A stretch of 64,000 nt of DNA from Octopus vulgaris. Its lineage: Eukaryota. Shown here piece after piece: positions 26,242 to 39,740 of the stretch. A program made the position numbers and the translations under genes. The notes under the pieces are model-generated. The model was not told the origin of the DNA. It saw only the letters and a program-made list of their open reading frames with translations, and did not search any database. Location: the NCBI GenBank assembly GCA_951406725.2, contig OX597815.1:26970001-27034000 (forward strand), given 5' to 3'. The stretch's first letter is position 1, and every line of letters begins with the position of its first letter.

Positions 26242-27988
26242 TATATATATATTGTCTCTCTCACTCTCAATCACCCCTGTGTGTATGTATGTATGTATGT
26301 ATATATGTGTATACACACACACACACACCTGCATATACACATGCACACAGGTGATAGAAAATGACAGAGACAATGTGAAAAGAGCAAAGTTTTTAAAAAA
26401 AACAAAATAGAGCAAAAGAAAGAGTGATGGCGATTGAGCAGAAAGTATCCTAGAAACATTTGATGACCTTGTAACCATTTCCTACATGCCACCTCCATGC
26501 AGCTACACCACCAGAAACGTCCTATACATGTCGCCCTATATTTTCAGCATAAAACAACAGATCAATGAAATAAAGAAACACAGAAGGAATACCAAAGTTT
26601 TCCTAGCTTTTCTTGTTCACTTCTGTCTTTTCTTATTTCGTTTTCTTTTTTTTCTGATTATATCTAATTCTCACAAATCATGCAATGGAAGTTAAATATA
26701 AAAAAAGTAAATCTATGTAAAAATGGAAGATTTGTAGTTTCTTTTCTAAAGATCTTGTCAGTCGTGACTTAAACAAAGTGCTTGATCATTGCTAATGTGA
26801 CTGAGCTTGTGTGTGTTTGTTGGTCTGTCTATCTGCTTCTATGAATGAATGTGAGTTTCCCTGATGTGCGTGCTCACGTTGGTATTTTTTTTCTTTTTAA
26901 TTAATTAATCAAAGAAAGAAAAGAAGCATCTATGATTGATGTTGTCGTTTCCAGATTGGTAAGATCAATAACTGTTTGTTCACTTTGAACTGCTTTGGGT
27001 TGATGCCTATGGAGGAAATGCTGGGAAGCAAGCAATCCCAAAAGGCTGTTGCCTTAAGAAGAAATGAGTTGGTTAAGTGCTTAGTGAGAAGTCTGAAGAC
27101 GAGACTTTGTAGAAGTTATGGGAAAAAAGAGAAACAGTGTGTTATAGAATTCTGAGCAGAGATAGTAACAATTTGATGCTTCACAATAAAGGAAGCTATT
27201 ATAGAAGTCATATATAAATAGAGAGAAAACAAAATACAAAACAGTGCATTGGTAAGCTTATAGTACGAACTTGTTGCGGTCTCTGCCAACTGGCTTTATG
27301 GACATGATGCCTCACCTAGCAATAGCATATAATGTTTTTGCATTTGTATTTAATACAGGGCAAAGCATTGCAACATTTGTAGTCCTTGAATGAACCAAAG
27401 CCAACAGGATCAAGGCTATTATCATCAAACATCACCTCAGACAGACAGATCATGTCTACAACATTAATAGCACCAGACAGCCATGTCAAATCCTCTACAA
27501 CAAATTCAGTACCAGCAAGCAATAAGTTGCCTCGTGTAATGCTACACTGACCAAATGAAACAAACAATAAAGAGGAAGAACATTAATCCTAAATCTTGGA
27601 AGCAACACTCAGAAGATAGATCACTGAAGATTAATATGAAAAAAAATTTGAAAAACATCATCAAAGAAATGGAGAAGATAAACAGCTACAATGAAAGACC
27701 CATCAATTCCAACCAATGGTACTATCATCCATCAGATGTAACCTTTTTGGGTAACTGTTCCATGCAAAAATCTCTTCTTCCGGCCATCAGAGGTACCAAC
27801 ATAAATGAGGAAGAACAAATGAAAGAAAAAGTACCCTGAAATACGGAGTTGCTCAGGCCACCACCAGTGTTTTCTCTGCCATCATATATATATATATGTG
27901 TGTATGTGTGCATGTGGATGTAGGTGTTTGCATATATGTACACATACACACACACATATACACACATGCACACATATACATACATACA

Positions 27989-28038
<50 letters not shown>

Positions 28039-28101
28039 CATACACACATACATATATATATATACACACATACATACATACATACATATATATATATATG
28101 T

Positions 28102-28146
<45 letters not shown>

Positions 28147-28151
<5 letters not shown>

Positions 28152-28830
28152 TGGATCTTGCAAGCATGAAATGGATTCGATGCACCATAACCAAATTTAA
28201 TTAACACTGCAACAGAACTTTTCCCATGGTGAAACAATGGTTTTTCTCTGACAGCAGTTTTACATTTTCCAGATGCCTTTAGCTAGGGCGAAATAATCAC
28301 CACTTGACCCTTTCTAACCTCTTCTACTTCACCAAAAGCTAGAATAGAGATAACAAGACCACCAACTAAATCGATTGTTCTCAATGATATGTCTATCGTT
28401 CTGGATAGTTATTAAAGCAAGAACCCCCCAAGCAAAAACTAAGTAGTCACTTGGCGACAGCTGAGCAAGGCAACTTGTGATGACTCAGTTAGTTAGGGAA
28501 CAGACTGCGAGAATCATGATCACAAGGAATACCGCTACTAAAGATAACGGTCAGTGAGAGAAATTAAATTTACTGTCAGCAACTGTGAGACAACACCCTA
28601 CAACTCTCACTAGCTCTAATTCTGTTCTCTTACAACATCATTCTATCTCTCTCTGTAATTACTACTAAACACAAGCTTTATTTCGCATGCTTTTGGATTT
28701 ATCATAACCTTCCTGTTGAGACAAGGTATTGTAACGTAACGGTAAATAAATATTTCCTTAAAACTTCATTCATTGTTCATCTTTCACATCGTACAGTATG
28801 CAATTATAACAACAAATCCTTATCATTACA
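28147..28830 (+). mobile_element. Possible solo LTR
   Basis: TGTA...TACA termini, AATAAA at ~28745, U5-like tail; no TSD or partner LTR seen. Confidence 0.3.
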
Positions 28831-28896
28831 ACTGCTGACTCTGACATTTCATAATATTGTTTACTAATCAATTTCTCCCATCATATATATATATAT

Positions 28897-28932
<36 letters not shown>

Positions 28933-28956
28933 CACACACATAGAGAGAAATAGATA

Positions 28957-30832
28957 TCATTTAACATCCATTGTCCATACTGGCACGGGTTGGATGGTTT
29001 GGCTGCGGCTGGCAAGCTGGAGGCCTGATTTGGCATAGTTTCTGTGGCTGGATGCCCTTCCTAATGCCAACCACTCCAAGAGTGTAATGGGTGCTTTTAC
29101 ATGCCACCGGCATGAGTGCCATTTACATGACACCAGTGTCTGCCATGACTGCGACTTTGTTTGGCTTGATGGGTCTTCTTTTCAAGTACTACATAATGCC
29201 GAAGGTTTCAGTCATTACCCCCATAAGGCCCAACACTTGAAAGGAGCCCAGAAATTTTGCTTCTGTGAGGTCCAACATTTGAAAGGTGTTTTTTACATGT
29301 CACTGGCACGGGTGCCAATTATGTGACACCAGCATTGGCTATGACTACAATTTCACTTGGCCTGATGGGTCTTTTCAAGCACAGTATATTGCCAAAGGTC
29401 TTGGTCACTAGTCATTGCCTTTGTGAGGTCCAAAGTTTGAAGATCATGCTTCACCACCTCGTCCCACATCTTCCTGGGTCTATCTGTACCATAGGGTCCC
29501 TCCAGAGTTAGAGATTAGCACTTCTTTATACAGCTGTCTTCGTCCATATGCATCACATGACCATACCAGTGTAGTTGTATCTCTTGCCTATCACATCTGA
29601 TGCTTCTTATGCCTAACTTTTCTTTCAAGATGCTTACACTCTGTTGAACATGCACACTGACATTGCACATCCAGCAAAGCATACTGGCTTCATTTCTTTC
29701 AAGCCTATGTATGTCCTCGGCTGTTACAGCCCATGTTTCACTGTTATGTAGCATAGCTGTTCACACACAGGTATCATACAATCTGCCTTTCAATCTGAGG
29801 GAGAGGCCCTTTGCTGCCAGCAGAGGTAGGAGCTCTCTGAACTTTGCCCAGCGTAATCTTATTCTCACAGCTAGGCTCTCAGAATATCCACTTCCACTAC
29901 TAACTTGGCCAATTAGATAATGGAAGCTATCTACTACCTCTATCTTACCCTCCTGGTAGTTGATGGAGTCTATTTTCTGTACATTTTCGGTGTTTATTGT
30001 ACCCGTGCATCTTCCACATACAAAAGCTATTTTCCCTGTTAATCTTCCTCTGATACTGCTGCACCTTTTATGTGTCCAAAGCTTACATCGGGCACATCTT
30101 ATGGAGTTTCTAACTATGCCTTCTCTACAGATCAAGCAGGGCTATCTACCTGAAGGGATTTGGGATCTGTCTGCCTTCCTACTTACTAAGACTTTGGTTT
30201 TTGCTAGGTTAACTCTAAAGCCCTTCAATTCTAGACCTTGCTTCCATATCCGGAACTTCATTAGTTCTGGTAGTGATTCAGCTATAAGAGCAAGGTCATC
30301 AGCATAGAGGATCTCCTGTTATTACCTGGAGGACTGATGAATAAGAGGGGGCTGAGAACCGATGCTTGGCGAACCCCTACTTATACACTGGATTCTTCAC
30401 TATACACATTGCCAGTCCTCATCTTACTGGTAGCGTCCCTGTACATGGCTTGTACAGCTCTTACCAACCACTCATCTATCCCTAGTTTCCACATTGACCA
30501 CCAGATAAGGGATGAGGGGACCCTGTCAAAAGCCTTCTCCAACTCAACAAAAGCCAAGTACAGAGGTTTATCTTTGGCTAGGTACTTCTCATGCAGCTGC
30601 TTTACCAGAAATATAGCATCAGTGGTGCTTCTCCCTGGCACAAACCCAAACTGCATCTCATCTGAACTAACTCTCTCCCTAATAAGTTGGGCTATGACTC
30701 TCTCTGTAACTTTAATCACCTGATCCAACTATTTGATACCTCTGTAATTATTTCTATCTAAGGCATCACCTTTACCTTTGTAGCAGTTGACTATGGTGCT
30801 ACTACACCTGTCATCAGGCATGGCTCCTTCAT
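28957..30832 (-). mobile_element. Second, more decayed 5'-truncated RTE copy (same family as 22282-24991)
   Basis: ORF fragments 29515-29754, 29761-30135 and 30381-30728 align to the first copy. Confidence 0.92.
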
Positions 30833-30971
30833 GAAGTAGAGGAAGGTCATAGAATTAAGTGTGTAAGGTCACTTCCTGGCAAGTCAAGGTCCACCTTAAA
30901 CAAATCCACATCATTGGTACTTTCTTCTACTCTACACTGGGATCCATAAAATAAATTACATTAATAATCTT

Positions 30972-31252
30972 ATCATCATCATCATCGTTTAGCATCCGCT
31001 TTCCATGCTGGCATGGGTTGGACGGTTCAACTGGGGTCTGGGAAGCCAGAAGGCTGCACCAGGCCCAGTCTGATCTGGCAGTCTTTCTACGGCTGGATGC
31101 CCTTCCTAGCACCAACCACTCCATGAGTGTAGTGGGTGCTTTTTACGTGCCAGACGAGGTTGGCAAACGGCCATGATTGGATGGTGCCTTTTACGTGCCA
31201 CCGGCATGGAGGCCAGGTGAGGCTGGCAACGGCCACGATCGGACGGTGCTTT
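30972..31252 (-). mobile_element. RTE 3' UTR fragment
   Basis: Conserved 3' end and (CAT)n. Confidence 0.85.
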
Positions 31253-32599
31253 CTAAAATAAGTACCAATAATATGACTCATTATCAACAAAGAAAAGATG
31301 TGAAAATGGATAAGAGTTACAATAGATAATCTCTTGTAATAATATAAGACAATATAGTTGGTGGATTGGCAAAAATCAAACAAAATATCATTACTGGGAG
31401 TGGCAGTGGCAGTGGTGGCAATAGCAGTGGCAATGGTAGCAGTGGCAGTGACATCATCATCATCATCATCATCATCATCATTTTACATCTGCTTCTCATG
31501 CTTACATCATGACATATTTTGTCAACATCCTTGCATCTGAATCCAAATCGCATTAAAGCCAGCCTTGCTTTTCATCCTTCTGGGCATGGGAGTTTAAAAT
31601 AAAAAGTACCAGTAAGAAATTGGGATTGATTCTAATTGACTATGTTCTCTTCTAAAATTTGATTCCTTGTGGCTATGTCAAAAATCAATAATTGTAGATG
31701 AAAATCTCATTTGCAATGTTTCTTGTGGCAATTTTGACAAATATAGAATTTGGTACATTATCTGAAGCCAGATTGGAAAGAAAATAATAGCAGGATATCA
31801 AGAAGCTTAGATTTTCTTTGTAATGGTGAGATATGACAGAAAATATGACAATCAAATTATCGTTCCTTGTTACAGTCGGATTAGCATTTGATTAATAAAT
31901 GTCTTTACACATCCTTTAAAGTAAAATCAATAAATGTTTCGTAGATAACGACGCATTCACATGAAACTGATGATCATTTAAAAATGGCTTCAGGAAATAT
32001 TAGAATTAAACCTTATGACCTCAAACTGAATTAGACAGCACTGCATGTCTTGAAAAATGTAACTGTAGGAAACTAAACCACATTTCATATTTAGAATGCT
32101 TGTTATAACTATATATTTTTCATCAACTATAATTTTTAAAGACAGAAGTACTTTTAAAGTACTATTAATGGATTTCATATCATTCAACAGCTGATATATG
32201 TATGATAACTCCGTGGTTTGTACAGAAATCTGAACTGAATACAGCAAAATGCAATTCATAATTTGTCATAAGAATTACTCTGAAATTGTAGACTTTCTAA
32301 AAATCAATATATCAAAATGGAAGAATACTAATATATTAGAAACTGAATTGTCTGTCTGTCCCTGCAGTGTTTAATTGGTTGTTATTTTGGGGTACAAGAA
32401 ATACAGAATTTTCTGAAGAAAAACGCATGTTTGTGAATGAGAATTAGAAGAATTAATTACATAATTACATTACCCAGATTTCGCATCATTTAAGCTTAGA
32501 ATATTCTTTTACAATCCTATTATTTTTTTACAACAACAACAACAACAACAACAGCAGCAGCAGCAACAATAGAAAATTAATACAATAAAACAGAAATGA

Positions 32600-33540
32600 A
32601 AAAAACTGTTTTCTTTCTACAAGCTAGCAAATACCAAAATAAAAAAGGATGCTGAATTTGCAGATAGCTACAAAAAAGAAAAAAAAAACAGAAAGAAGAA
32701 GAGACAGATGAGAAATCGTGAACCAACTAAAATATGGTAAGATTCAGGCAACTGATTGCCATGATAAAGTAATGGCAAGAAAAGCCTCTACAAAGCCAAT
32801 GCTTGAAAATGTTGAAGATTGGAAATATACAAAGAAAAGTTACAACATTGACTGAGAAATGTAGATTCTATCAGAGAGTGAAAGATAGTTGATTGCAACA
32901 CAGGATCAACAACTACCCATCCCAAGCCAGCAAAATCATATTATGGAACAGAATACAGTAGTCATTGCAGAATATATTGAGATGTGGGTAAAAAAAAAAA
33001 AAAAAAAAAAACCACTTTATTTCTGGCAGCTCGGTCTTAGGTAAGAAAGATTACTTACATTGGCATGACAGATCAGGTAACTTTGAAATTGTACCAGCAC
33101 AATGAAATACCAATAGAAACGAGATGATATAAGTATATTGAAAAGGTCTCTGAGAATGGCATAGCAACCATAATCTGGGCTATACTACAACACATAGACT
33201 GAGAGATCAAGGCTAATTGACCAGATACTGTTGTTGAAGACAACCGGGAGAAAATGTGCCTCTAATCCACATATCAGCCCCAACAGTTCCCATGTATCTC
33301 TAAAAGTAATGGAAAAACTATCAAAATCTAAAGATCTTAAAATAGAGATAACCTAAATTTGGTTCCTGAAAATGGAAACATTTCCTATAATAGTACATGC
33401 TTTGGAAATGATTTTAAAAAAAATATGCAGAAAAGTACATAACCAAAACCCCAGGACCGACAAATATGCATGAAATGCAAAAAATAGTTCTGCTAGGCAT
33501 TGTACACATATTATGTAGGGTACTTTTAATACAATAAAAA
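32600..33540 (+). mobile_element. Dong/R4-like LINE 3' remnant (REL endonuclease), decayed
   Basis: KKDYLHWHD, EIKAN*PDTVV, MEKLSKSKDLKIEI, MQKIVLLGIVHIL. Confidence 0.75.
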
Positions 33541-34597
33541 TAACAAAAACAAAACAAAATACTGCACATCTCATAAGCACAGAGAGCTGTGCATAGTAGT
33601 ACAATGAAAGCAGACAATAAAAATAAGACAATTGAATGATAGTTCTTTCTACTATTGGTAAAGGGCCTAAAATTTGTGGAGTTGGGGTAAGCCAATTACA
33701 TTGATCCTAGTGATCAACTGGTATTTATTTTATTGACCCCATAAGGATAAAAGGCAAAGTTGACCTTGGCAGAATTTGAACTCAGAACATAAAAACAGAT
33801 GAAATATCATTAATGCACTTTGTCCAGTGTGCTAACAATTCTGCCTGCTAACTGCCTTAGACAATTGAATAATAAGAACAACAATAATAATAACCCTTTT
33901 TACTAAAGGTACAAGGCCTGAAATTTTGTGGGAGGGGACTAGTTGATTACATCAACCTCAGAGTTTTATTGGTACTTAAAGATCAAAGGCAAAGTCAATC
34001 TCAGCAACATTTGAACTCAGAATGTGCAGACAGATGAAATGCCAAAAAACATTTCACCTGGTGTGCTAACAATTCAGCCAGCTTGCCATCTTAATGAGGA
34101 TGACAACAACAACAGCAATGTGGATAGATTATAAGAAAGCCTATGACATGATTCCACATACATGGATAAGTGAATGTTTGAGTATATTCAGTATTGCAGA
34201 CAACATAAGAGATTTAATTAGCAATAAGCATGAAGAAATGGAAGGTAGATCTTCACACAGGTGATACAGCTTTAGGGGAAGTTAATATCAAGAGAGGAAT
34301 TTTCCTGAAAGACTCTTTATCCCCTTTAATATTTTGTGTTATGCGTAATCCCTCTCAGCTTAGTATAAAGAAAGGCAAAGGCAGAGTATCAGTTTAGAGA
34401 TAGGGATAAAAAGAATTAACCATTTATTCTACATGGATGATCTGAAGCTTTTTAGTAAGAATAAAAAGGAGTTAGATTCTTTTATAAAATCTCTAATACT
34501 CTTCAGCAAAGATATAAGCATGGAATTTAGTGTAGATTAGTGTGCAATATTAGTCATAAAGTTACAGGTAGTCAGCAGTGAAGGCATTCAGTTACCA

Positions 34598-35351
34598 CAA
34601 GGGTCAGTGAAGCAGGGTAAATTACCCAAAGTGGGGTGGGTGGGGTGGAATGAAATTCTTGTGGGTAATGAGGACTCATTAGACATAAGTAAAATTATAT
34701 AAAAATACAGGTTCCTTGTTAAGACAGAAATTTTTCTTCTGGCATGAAGAGGCAGTCAAGTAGTTGCTGTCTTTTGCAACAATCTACCTTAGCAAACAAG
34801 TATTTTCCACAAAGCAGAGTAATCAACTGGACCCCAAAGACTGTATCCAAATTTCTCTGGCATCAAAATTCCCCAATTTTGATGTAATTGTAACAAAAAT
34901 GAAACATCATTTCTCTAAAGCCTGAAGTGAAAAAGTTTCTAGAAAGATTCTTTTGGAGGATATTATTTTATTTATCACATTTATACATTTCGTATTTATA
35001 ATTATGGAGATGTACTTGCATAGCAAGTGACCTGTGTTCAAACAAAAACAATTGCAGTATGTGAAGTGTTTATAAGCCATTTAAAAATACTTTGTCAGTG
35101 AACAGGTTGCGGTTTCAAAGGGACGAAAATATTTTGATGTATTAAATTCAAATGTTGAAGTGAATCTAATGGTTTTTGTGTATTTTTAAATGGTTTATAA
35201 ACACCTTCCATGCTGCAATTGATTTATAAATAGATTCAATAAATCTTTTGAATTCAAAGACTATGATTTTCTTCCTTTCAAATCAAGGGAGCAACATCAG
35301 TATAAATAAATATATTTTGGAGTAATTGGTTAAAAAGTTCCCTGACCCCTG
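34598..35351 (+). mobile_element. Internally deleted hAT (Buster/Charlie-like) element
   Basis: TIRs CAAGGGTCAGTGAA / TTCCCTGACCCCTG; exact 8-bp TSD AGTTACCA; residual C-terminal dimerisation motif EAVK*LLSFATIYLSKQVFS..NQLDPKDCIQISL. Confidence 0.8.
35049..35221. repeat. ~42-bp imperfect inverted repeat (MITE-like) inside the hAT element
   Basis: CAATTGCAGTATGTGAAGTGTTTATAAGCCATTTAAAAATAC versus the reverse complement of 35180-35221. Confidence 0.7.
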
Positions 35352-37236
35352 AGTTACCAAATGGCCAGACATTAAAATTACAGAAAGGAGAAAGTTATAA
35401 GTATCAAGGAGTATTAGAATCTGACAGAGTACTAACTATAGAAATGAAAGAGAAAATTGAGGAGTACATCGGAATGGTGGGGAAGTTAATGAAGTCAAAA
35501 GCTAAATGGTTTGAATCTAAGGAAGGCTGTAAATACTTGGGCAGTATTGTTACTCAGACATCCAGCAGCTTTTGTCAATTGGACAAAATCTGAATTAGTA
35601 AATTAGTAAAACTAGGATGTATTAGTAAAACTAGGAAGAAATTCAATATGAATGCAGAACTTCATCCTAGAGCAGGAGTGGCAGGCAAGATTGTATTTAC
35701 CTAGAAAGAAAGGTGGTAGAGGTTTAATATTAGTAGAAGACTGTGTGGAGTTAGCTAGAGCAGATATAGTCTCCTATGTAGGAGGCTATATAACAGTAGG
35801 AGATTAGGAAACCAAAGAGTCAAATGTAATTAAAAATCAGAAAAAAAGAAGCAAGATTATCTGACTAGCAAGAGAAGGCTTGAGAAGGCAAGAAAAGATT
35901 TCCAAAGATAGCTTCAGAAAATAGTAATGATGAGATATGGTTGTGGTTGCAGAAAGGTAGCAGTGGAAGATCAGGCATTGGGGACTAACTGGATAAAAGC
36001 CAAGATAGACAAATATCAGGCAGATGCCCAATAAAGGTTATGTAAATAAAAGGAACAAAGTGTGACCCATATAGTTAGTGAATGTAATATGCTGACACAA
36101 AAAGAATACAATAAAAGATATGACAACCTAGGGAGTTTTGTAGAAAGGGAATTATATAGGAACTAGGGTTTAACCATACTGATAAGTGTCACAAACATGA
36201 ACCTGGTAAAGTACTAGAAAGAAAGAATTATAAGATGTTGTGGGATTTTAACAATCAGACTAATTGATTAATAGAAGCAAGAAGGCCTGATTTAGTAGTA
36301 GTAGACACAGAGAATAGAAAGAGCCAGGTAATTGACTTTACAGTCCCAAATGATGAGAGAGTCAATATGAGAGATATAGAGAAAATAGTAAAGTACAAGG
36401 ATCTAGCCCTTGAGTTACAGAGGCGATGGAAAGTGTGCATAAAATGCACCCCTGTAGTTACTGGCACATTAAGGACTATTCTTAAAGATTTGAACAGAAG
36501 GGTAGAGGAAAAAGGCATATAACTTAGTTTAGTGCAGTTCCAGAAAACAATATTATTAGGGACAGCTAGTATGGTTCTTGGCATTTAAGGTTACTTGTAA
36601 CCTGGTGTTAAAAATTTTTTCCAACAGTTTAATCTGGTGAGTGTAAATGAAATAATAACATCCAAGGAGACAGCTTTACATAATTATATCATGTGTTCTT
36701 ATAAAAAAACAATATTTGAGAGGTTCAAATATACCACATCATTGAGAGGGTCAAAGATATACCACATCATCAAGATAATTCCCATGAACTCTTCATTAGT
36801 CAAACTCTTATTGTCTTTTATCAACTTGATTCCTCTCAAAAATCTAACTGATAAATCAAATTTTGAAAGCTCATTAGGGAATTTATGATTAATGAAATTA
36901 CAGTCGTCCATTATTTCTGCTTTATACCAAGTTGACTGTATTTAATAGGAAAGGCTTTTGTTATATAGACAAATGCTTAAGCCTCAAACAATTACTTATC
37001 CTTTGAAAGTTCACCATGTAGTACTGGTTAAGAAAAGAAATATTTTTCCATCTCAAATGGATTATAACAAAAGTCTCTCGTCACAAAACAGATCCCAATT
37101 ATTGGCCACAAGCATTGTGTTCTGTGGATTTTATAAGGATTCTATTATAAAAGCCTTGTTTCTTTGAACTTACTTGATTTTGGTGATCACCACTTTAAAA
37201 AAAAATCTGCCTATTATAAAGGTTCTGGTATGGCTG

Positions 37237-37402
37237 ATAGGCACTAGCATGACAGAGTGGTAAGATGTTTGCTTCCCAGCCACATGGTTCTGGGTTCAGT
37301 CTCACTGAATGGAACTTTGGGCAAATGTCTTCTACTATAGCCTTGAGCAGATCAAAGTATTGTGAGTGGATTTGATAGACAAAAACTGAAAGAAGGCTGT
37401 TA

Positions 37403-37434
<32 letters not shown>

Positions 37435-37735
37435 TGTAGATTTGGTAGATGGAAACTGGAAGAAGGCCTGTGTGTGTGTATCTGTGTGTGTGTGTGTGTG
37501 TGTGCATATGTACATATCTATGTGTTTGTGTCTTTGTGCATGGGGTTGTCCCGCATCACTTCTTGATAACCAGTGCTGGTTTGTTTGTATCCCTGTAAAT
37601 TTGTGGTTCAATAAAAGTGACTAATAGAATAAGTACCAAGCTTTATCTAAAATAATTACTGGGGTTGATTTGTTCAACTGAACCCTTCAAGGTGGCTGCA
37701 GTCCAATGAATGAAACAAGTAGAAAATAAAAGAAA
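37237..37735 (+). mobile_element. Family-B CORE SINE with short internal duplication
   Basis: Head, core and tail match family B; GATTTG.TAGA..AAACTG.A.GAAGGC occurs twice. Confidence 0.8.
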
Positions 37736-38028
37736 GAACGAATACTAACAATGGTGACGATATACAGCAGAAGAAGCAACACAATACTGAAACAGATGAT
37801 AATTCCAGGGCCATCTTTACTCTACTTGCCTAAGTCTTCCAATATGACAAATTGATACCCATTTGATTTTATCACAAAGTTATTATTGTTAAGAAACACA
37901 GCCAACTACAAAGCAAGAAGCATGCATCACTAAAGAACATGCAAGCTCAAATGCTTTAACTATGATATAGGTGTTCCTGTCTCCAATTTCAGGTTCAGTT
38001 GCTGATTGTACAGAAAGATGTTTCTTCT

Positions 38029-38629
38029 TATTTCTTTATTGCCCACAAGGGGCTAAAAACACAGAGGGGACAAACAAGGACAGACAAAGGGATTAAGTCA
38101 ATTACATCGACCCCAGTGCGTAACTGGTACTTAATTTATCGACCCCGAAAGGATGAAAGGTAAAGTCGACCTCGGCGGAATTTGAACTCAGAACGTAATG
38201 GCAGATGAAATACCTATTTCTTTACTACCCACAAGGGGCTAAACATAGAGAGGACAAACAAGGACAGACAAACGGGTTAAGTGAATTACATCGACCCCAG
38301 TGCGTAATTGGTACTTAATTTATCGAACGCAAAAGGATGAAAGGCAAAGTCGACCTCGGCAGAATTTGAACTCAGAACGTAACGGCAGACGAAATACCTA
38401 TTTCTTTACTGCCCACAAGAGGCTAATCATAGAGGGGACAAACAAGGACAGATAAAGGGATTAAGTCGATTACATCGACCCCAGTGCGTAACTGGTACTT
38501 AATTTATCGACCCCAAAAGGATGAAAGGCAAAGTCGACCTAGGCGGGATTTGAACTTAGAATGTAACGGCAGATGAAATACCGCTATGCATTTCGCCTGG
38601 CATGCTAACGTTTCTGCCAGCTTGCTGCC
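38029..38629 (-). mobile_element. Family-A SINE as a head-to-tail trimer with a single head
   Basis: Three ~183-bp units joined at GAAATACC|TATTTC. Confidence 0.9.
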
Positions 38630-39468
38630 TTCTTCTAGTTCCCTTTAACAAGTTCCCATTAACAAGTTTGGTCCTCTGCCATAAATTCTATCCGTATTTG
38701 AACAGTAAACTCTTTATTGGGAAATTTGTCTTTCATCTGTCTAATGCTATGACAACTAGAGATAAGCACCAGCTTCAGCAATTGTTATAATTCTGACAAG
38801 GTTTATATAATTCTTGGTGCCATATGCCAATATTTGTGTTAATCTTTAAATGGCATGAACACATTTTACAATGAAATCTAAAAGAAAAAGATACATTCTG
38901 CTTTTTTACTTTATATCCAGTGTCTCATTTATCCCAGCTATTAACCATGACTGAAACAAATCAAAACATTTTGTCAGTATTGCCTGGGGTAATATTCTTT
39001 GAACTGAAAATTGAATAAATGAAGTTATTTATTCAATCAACATTAAGTTAACAAATTCCCCTCATATATATTCTATAGATTAATGGAACTCTTCTTTGGT
39101 TCTTATTTTCTAGGACTTTGAACAATTTCTGCTCTCTTATATTTGCTTTGAGTTTCTTTTAGTTTCCTCTTTTTCATAAAGCTATATAAATGCAGTACTG
39201 GAAGTTATGTGATCTAGTTATGCTTCAAACAACATTTGTTTTGATAGTATTGAAAGTTTCTCTTGTTATGAACTAATGGCAATCAAAGGACTTTATTAGA
39301 TTAGACATAACAAGAACTGCTGCTGGCTGAAATTTTATGAGGTATTTAAGGGAGACCATTACTTCTATCTGAAAATCTTAAATAGAAGTGGGGACAATAT
39401 CTTTAAATATCTTCTCTATACTATACTTTAAAAACAGATCCCATTCTTCATAAATGGTTTACACTTGT

Positions 39469-39713
39469 GGAGGCATATGGCTTAGTGGTTAGGGCATTGA
39501 ACTCACAATTGTAAGATTGTGGTTTCGATATCTGAACCAGGTTGTGCTCTTGAGTGAAGCACTTCATTTCACATTGCTCCAGTCCACTCAACTGGCAAAA
39601 ATGAGTAATCCTGTGATGGACTGGTATCCCATCCAGGTGGGGAATATATATGACATGGAAACCGGGAAACCAGCCTTTATGGCCAACTCAACAAGGTAAC
39701 TTTACTTTACTTT
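39469..39713 (+). mobile_element. tRNA-derived SINE, family C, (ACTTT)n tail
   Basis: TGGCTTAGTGG A box, GGTTTCGATA B-box-like, CORE-like CTTGAGTGAAGCACTT. Confidence 0.75.
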
Positions 39714-39740
39714 AAATGGTTTACACTCAGTTATTTCTAC

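Larger units (their letters stand above)
34121..36658 (+). mobile_element. 5'-truncated Dong/R4-like LINE (RT, zinc knuckle, REL endonuclease), decayed, interrupted by a hAT element
   Basis: WIDYKKAYDMIPH, KRGIF..DSLSPL, INHLFYMDDLKLF, LYLPRKKGGRGL, THIVSEC, EARRPDLVVVD, KYKDLALEL, QKTILLGTA; (AAT) tail. Confidence 0.9.

Noticed and set aside
26940-26963. TTTCCAG|ATTG|GTAAG possible 4-nt microexon on plus strand
   Set aside because: Too short to distinguish from chance; no supporting neighbouring exons
36699-36911. 70-aa minus-strand ORF in AT-rich coding-like sequence
   Set aside because: No motif or splice signals recognised; left unassigned
39469-39545. tRNA-like sequences (also at 1170 and 63183)
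   Set aside because: SINE heads with A/B boxes but no complete cloverleaf
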